From Atractiella rhizophila (lineage: Eukaryota): a stretch of 39,432 nucleotides of DNA. Position numbers and translations under genes: made by a program. Positions 37,826 through 39,432 of the stretch are shown in pieces; position 1 is the first letter of the stretch; every line of letters begins with the position of its first letter. The notes under the pieces were generated by a model. That model did not search any database. It saw only the letters and a list, made by a program, of their open reading frames with translations, and was not told the DNA's origin. Location: contig MU271611.1 of NCBI GenBank assembly GCA_021432655.1, positions 1-39,432 of the forward strand, read 5' to 3'.

Positions 37826-39432
37826 AAGTGGGAAAAGATCCTTTAAATGCGGATGGAGAGGGAAAGGGGGTATTGAGCCGTATTTGATTGATCTTAGTAG
37901 CAGCGGATGTGATTGCCAGGGATCTTAAACGCCGATGGCACGCCAATAAAAGAACGACCCAGAATAGAAAAGCAGTGAGGAGAAACGAAGTCGATCCGAC
38001 GACAGGTCGCAAATGATCAGGTAGAATCTGGAGAAGTTTTTCTTTCTTGCTCATCGCATTTCGCTGAAGATCTTCCTCATCCCTCGCCCATTGTTCGAAA
38101 TCGAAACCTCCATCTGTAAAGGGTTGTTCCCAGAAGAACGCTGGCTTGACTGGGTAAATTGGGTCGTTGACTTTGAGCCATTGAGCATATTTCCCATCTG
38201 GATCGCCATAGGCGACGGCCACTGTTGCGACGCTTGGCGACAGTTCCTGGATTCGTTCGTTCCCAGCATCGACCATCATTGCGAAGTCGACGGCGGTCTG
38301 GATATTTGCACCACCGTCAGTTGTACGAAGCCAGGGCGAGGGGCTGTCTGAAGGGGCAAGAAAGGCGGCGAGCTTGATGTTGTGTATCATTGCTTGCAAA
38401 TTGAAAGCACGGTAATGGAAAGGACGGGTTCGTATGGCTTCTCTAGGCTGCTCTCCGTTCACATCAATCATGCCTGGGAATTGGAGACTGAAGAACCGAT
38501 CGAGTGTTTGTCTTGCTCCAGAATAGTTGCCAGTCAGGATTTGGGAAGAGACAATGTTGTTGTAATAGAAGGTGCCATGGTTACTACACAAGGAGTTTAG
38601 TATGGGGATTTGTTGTCAACCTGTAAAGACGCACTTCATGGATCTGCGTTCATCTTTCGCAACATCGCTCGTTTTGAGCCAAACAACGAAATCATCGAAC
38701 CAGGCAATTAACCCGCGATCGATGTCAGACGTGAGTGCAGCACTCCGGCCTTGCCGTAAGATGAGAACAGCAGAGACGAGTTTGGGCATGCTTTTGAAGT
38801 CGCTGTGACCAGATTTATGAGTATCTCTTTTATGAAGAGACATAACGCTCACAGGACTCCAATATGAGCTCCAACGTTGCGGCCAAGGCCACGAATAAGC
38901 TAAATCATTGTTAAGGACATAATTCACAACTTCGGGCGGCACACCTGTGCATAGTTGAGGTGAGGATTCATCCGTGTCTCCTCCTCAAGGAACCATATTT
39001 TGAGCCATTCCACTGCTCGCGTAGCGTATTTGTCTCCGGATCCTGGCAAATTTTTGTCCTCGATGATCCAAGCCAACGTATTATACAACACAGCATTGGT
39101 GAAAAGTCCAAAGTCTGAAGGACCGTCAATTTCTTCCCGCGTATCTAATCGCTTCGTCAGATCTATTTCCATTTGATAGATGCTATTTGCTCTCACCTGG
39201 GTTAAACTTTCCATCACGCTGTCTGTATACACATTTAGCCTCAATCTCAGCCTGTGAGAGTACTGTGGTATTTTTAACTTTGGAACAGTCTGGCCACCAA
39301 CTTATATGAATCAGCCATTCAGCAGCTCCTGAATTCATAGACAATACTTACTACGGCGCAAGGGAGACATAGTCGTGCTTATCGCCTGATGGAGAGCCAG
39401 CGTTTTTCCATATTACGCCTGGTTTTGCTTCA
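37824..39432 (-). CDS. Alginate-lyase-domain (PF05426-like, probably PL38) polysaccharide lyase with a C-terminal TM helix; 5' end outside window
   Basis: SGDKHDYVSLAP, WFLEEETRMNPHLNYAQV, NHGTFY, GEQPREAIRTRPFHYRAFNLQAM, IQTAVDF, YGDPDGKYA. Hydrophobic stretch FLLTAFLFWVVLLLAC followed by HRRLR. Confidence 0.85.

Overview
Intron-rich fungal genomic DNA of basidiomycete type (many ~45-60 nt GT-AG introns with CTRAY-like branch points). I assembled the gene models by hand, because the ORF track only shows exon fragments. Most genes are housekeeping: a partial possible Slh1/ASCC3-type helicase, a BNA3-like aminotransferase, an IQM-type IQ protein, MTFP1, a secreted DUF3455 protein, NUS1, complex I ESSS subunit, eIF3k, HEM4, a GH3 beta-glucosidase, a DUF1749 hydrolase, pyruvate kinase, an orphan gene and a partial PL38-like lyase. 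Two diverged phosphomannomutase paralogues lie 18 kb apart. The accessory part is a ~7.3 kb head-to-tail array (about 14150-21440) of FunK1 fungal-type kinases with an N-terminal PD-(D/E)xK-like domain. Copy A is intact but has PD changed to PA. Copy B keeps PD but is frameshifted at the domain junction. Copy C is a 1189 bp 3' partial duplicate. Other oddities are two very long introns (697 nt splitting an IQ motif and holding a C/D-box-like segment; 1055 nt in pyruvate kinase), a promoter motif shared by the PMM paralogues, and short tandem repeats. All family assignments come from motif recognition, not database searches.
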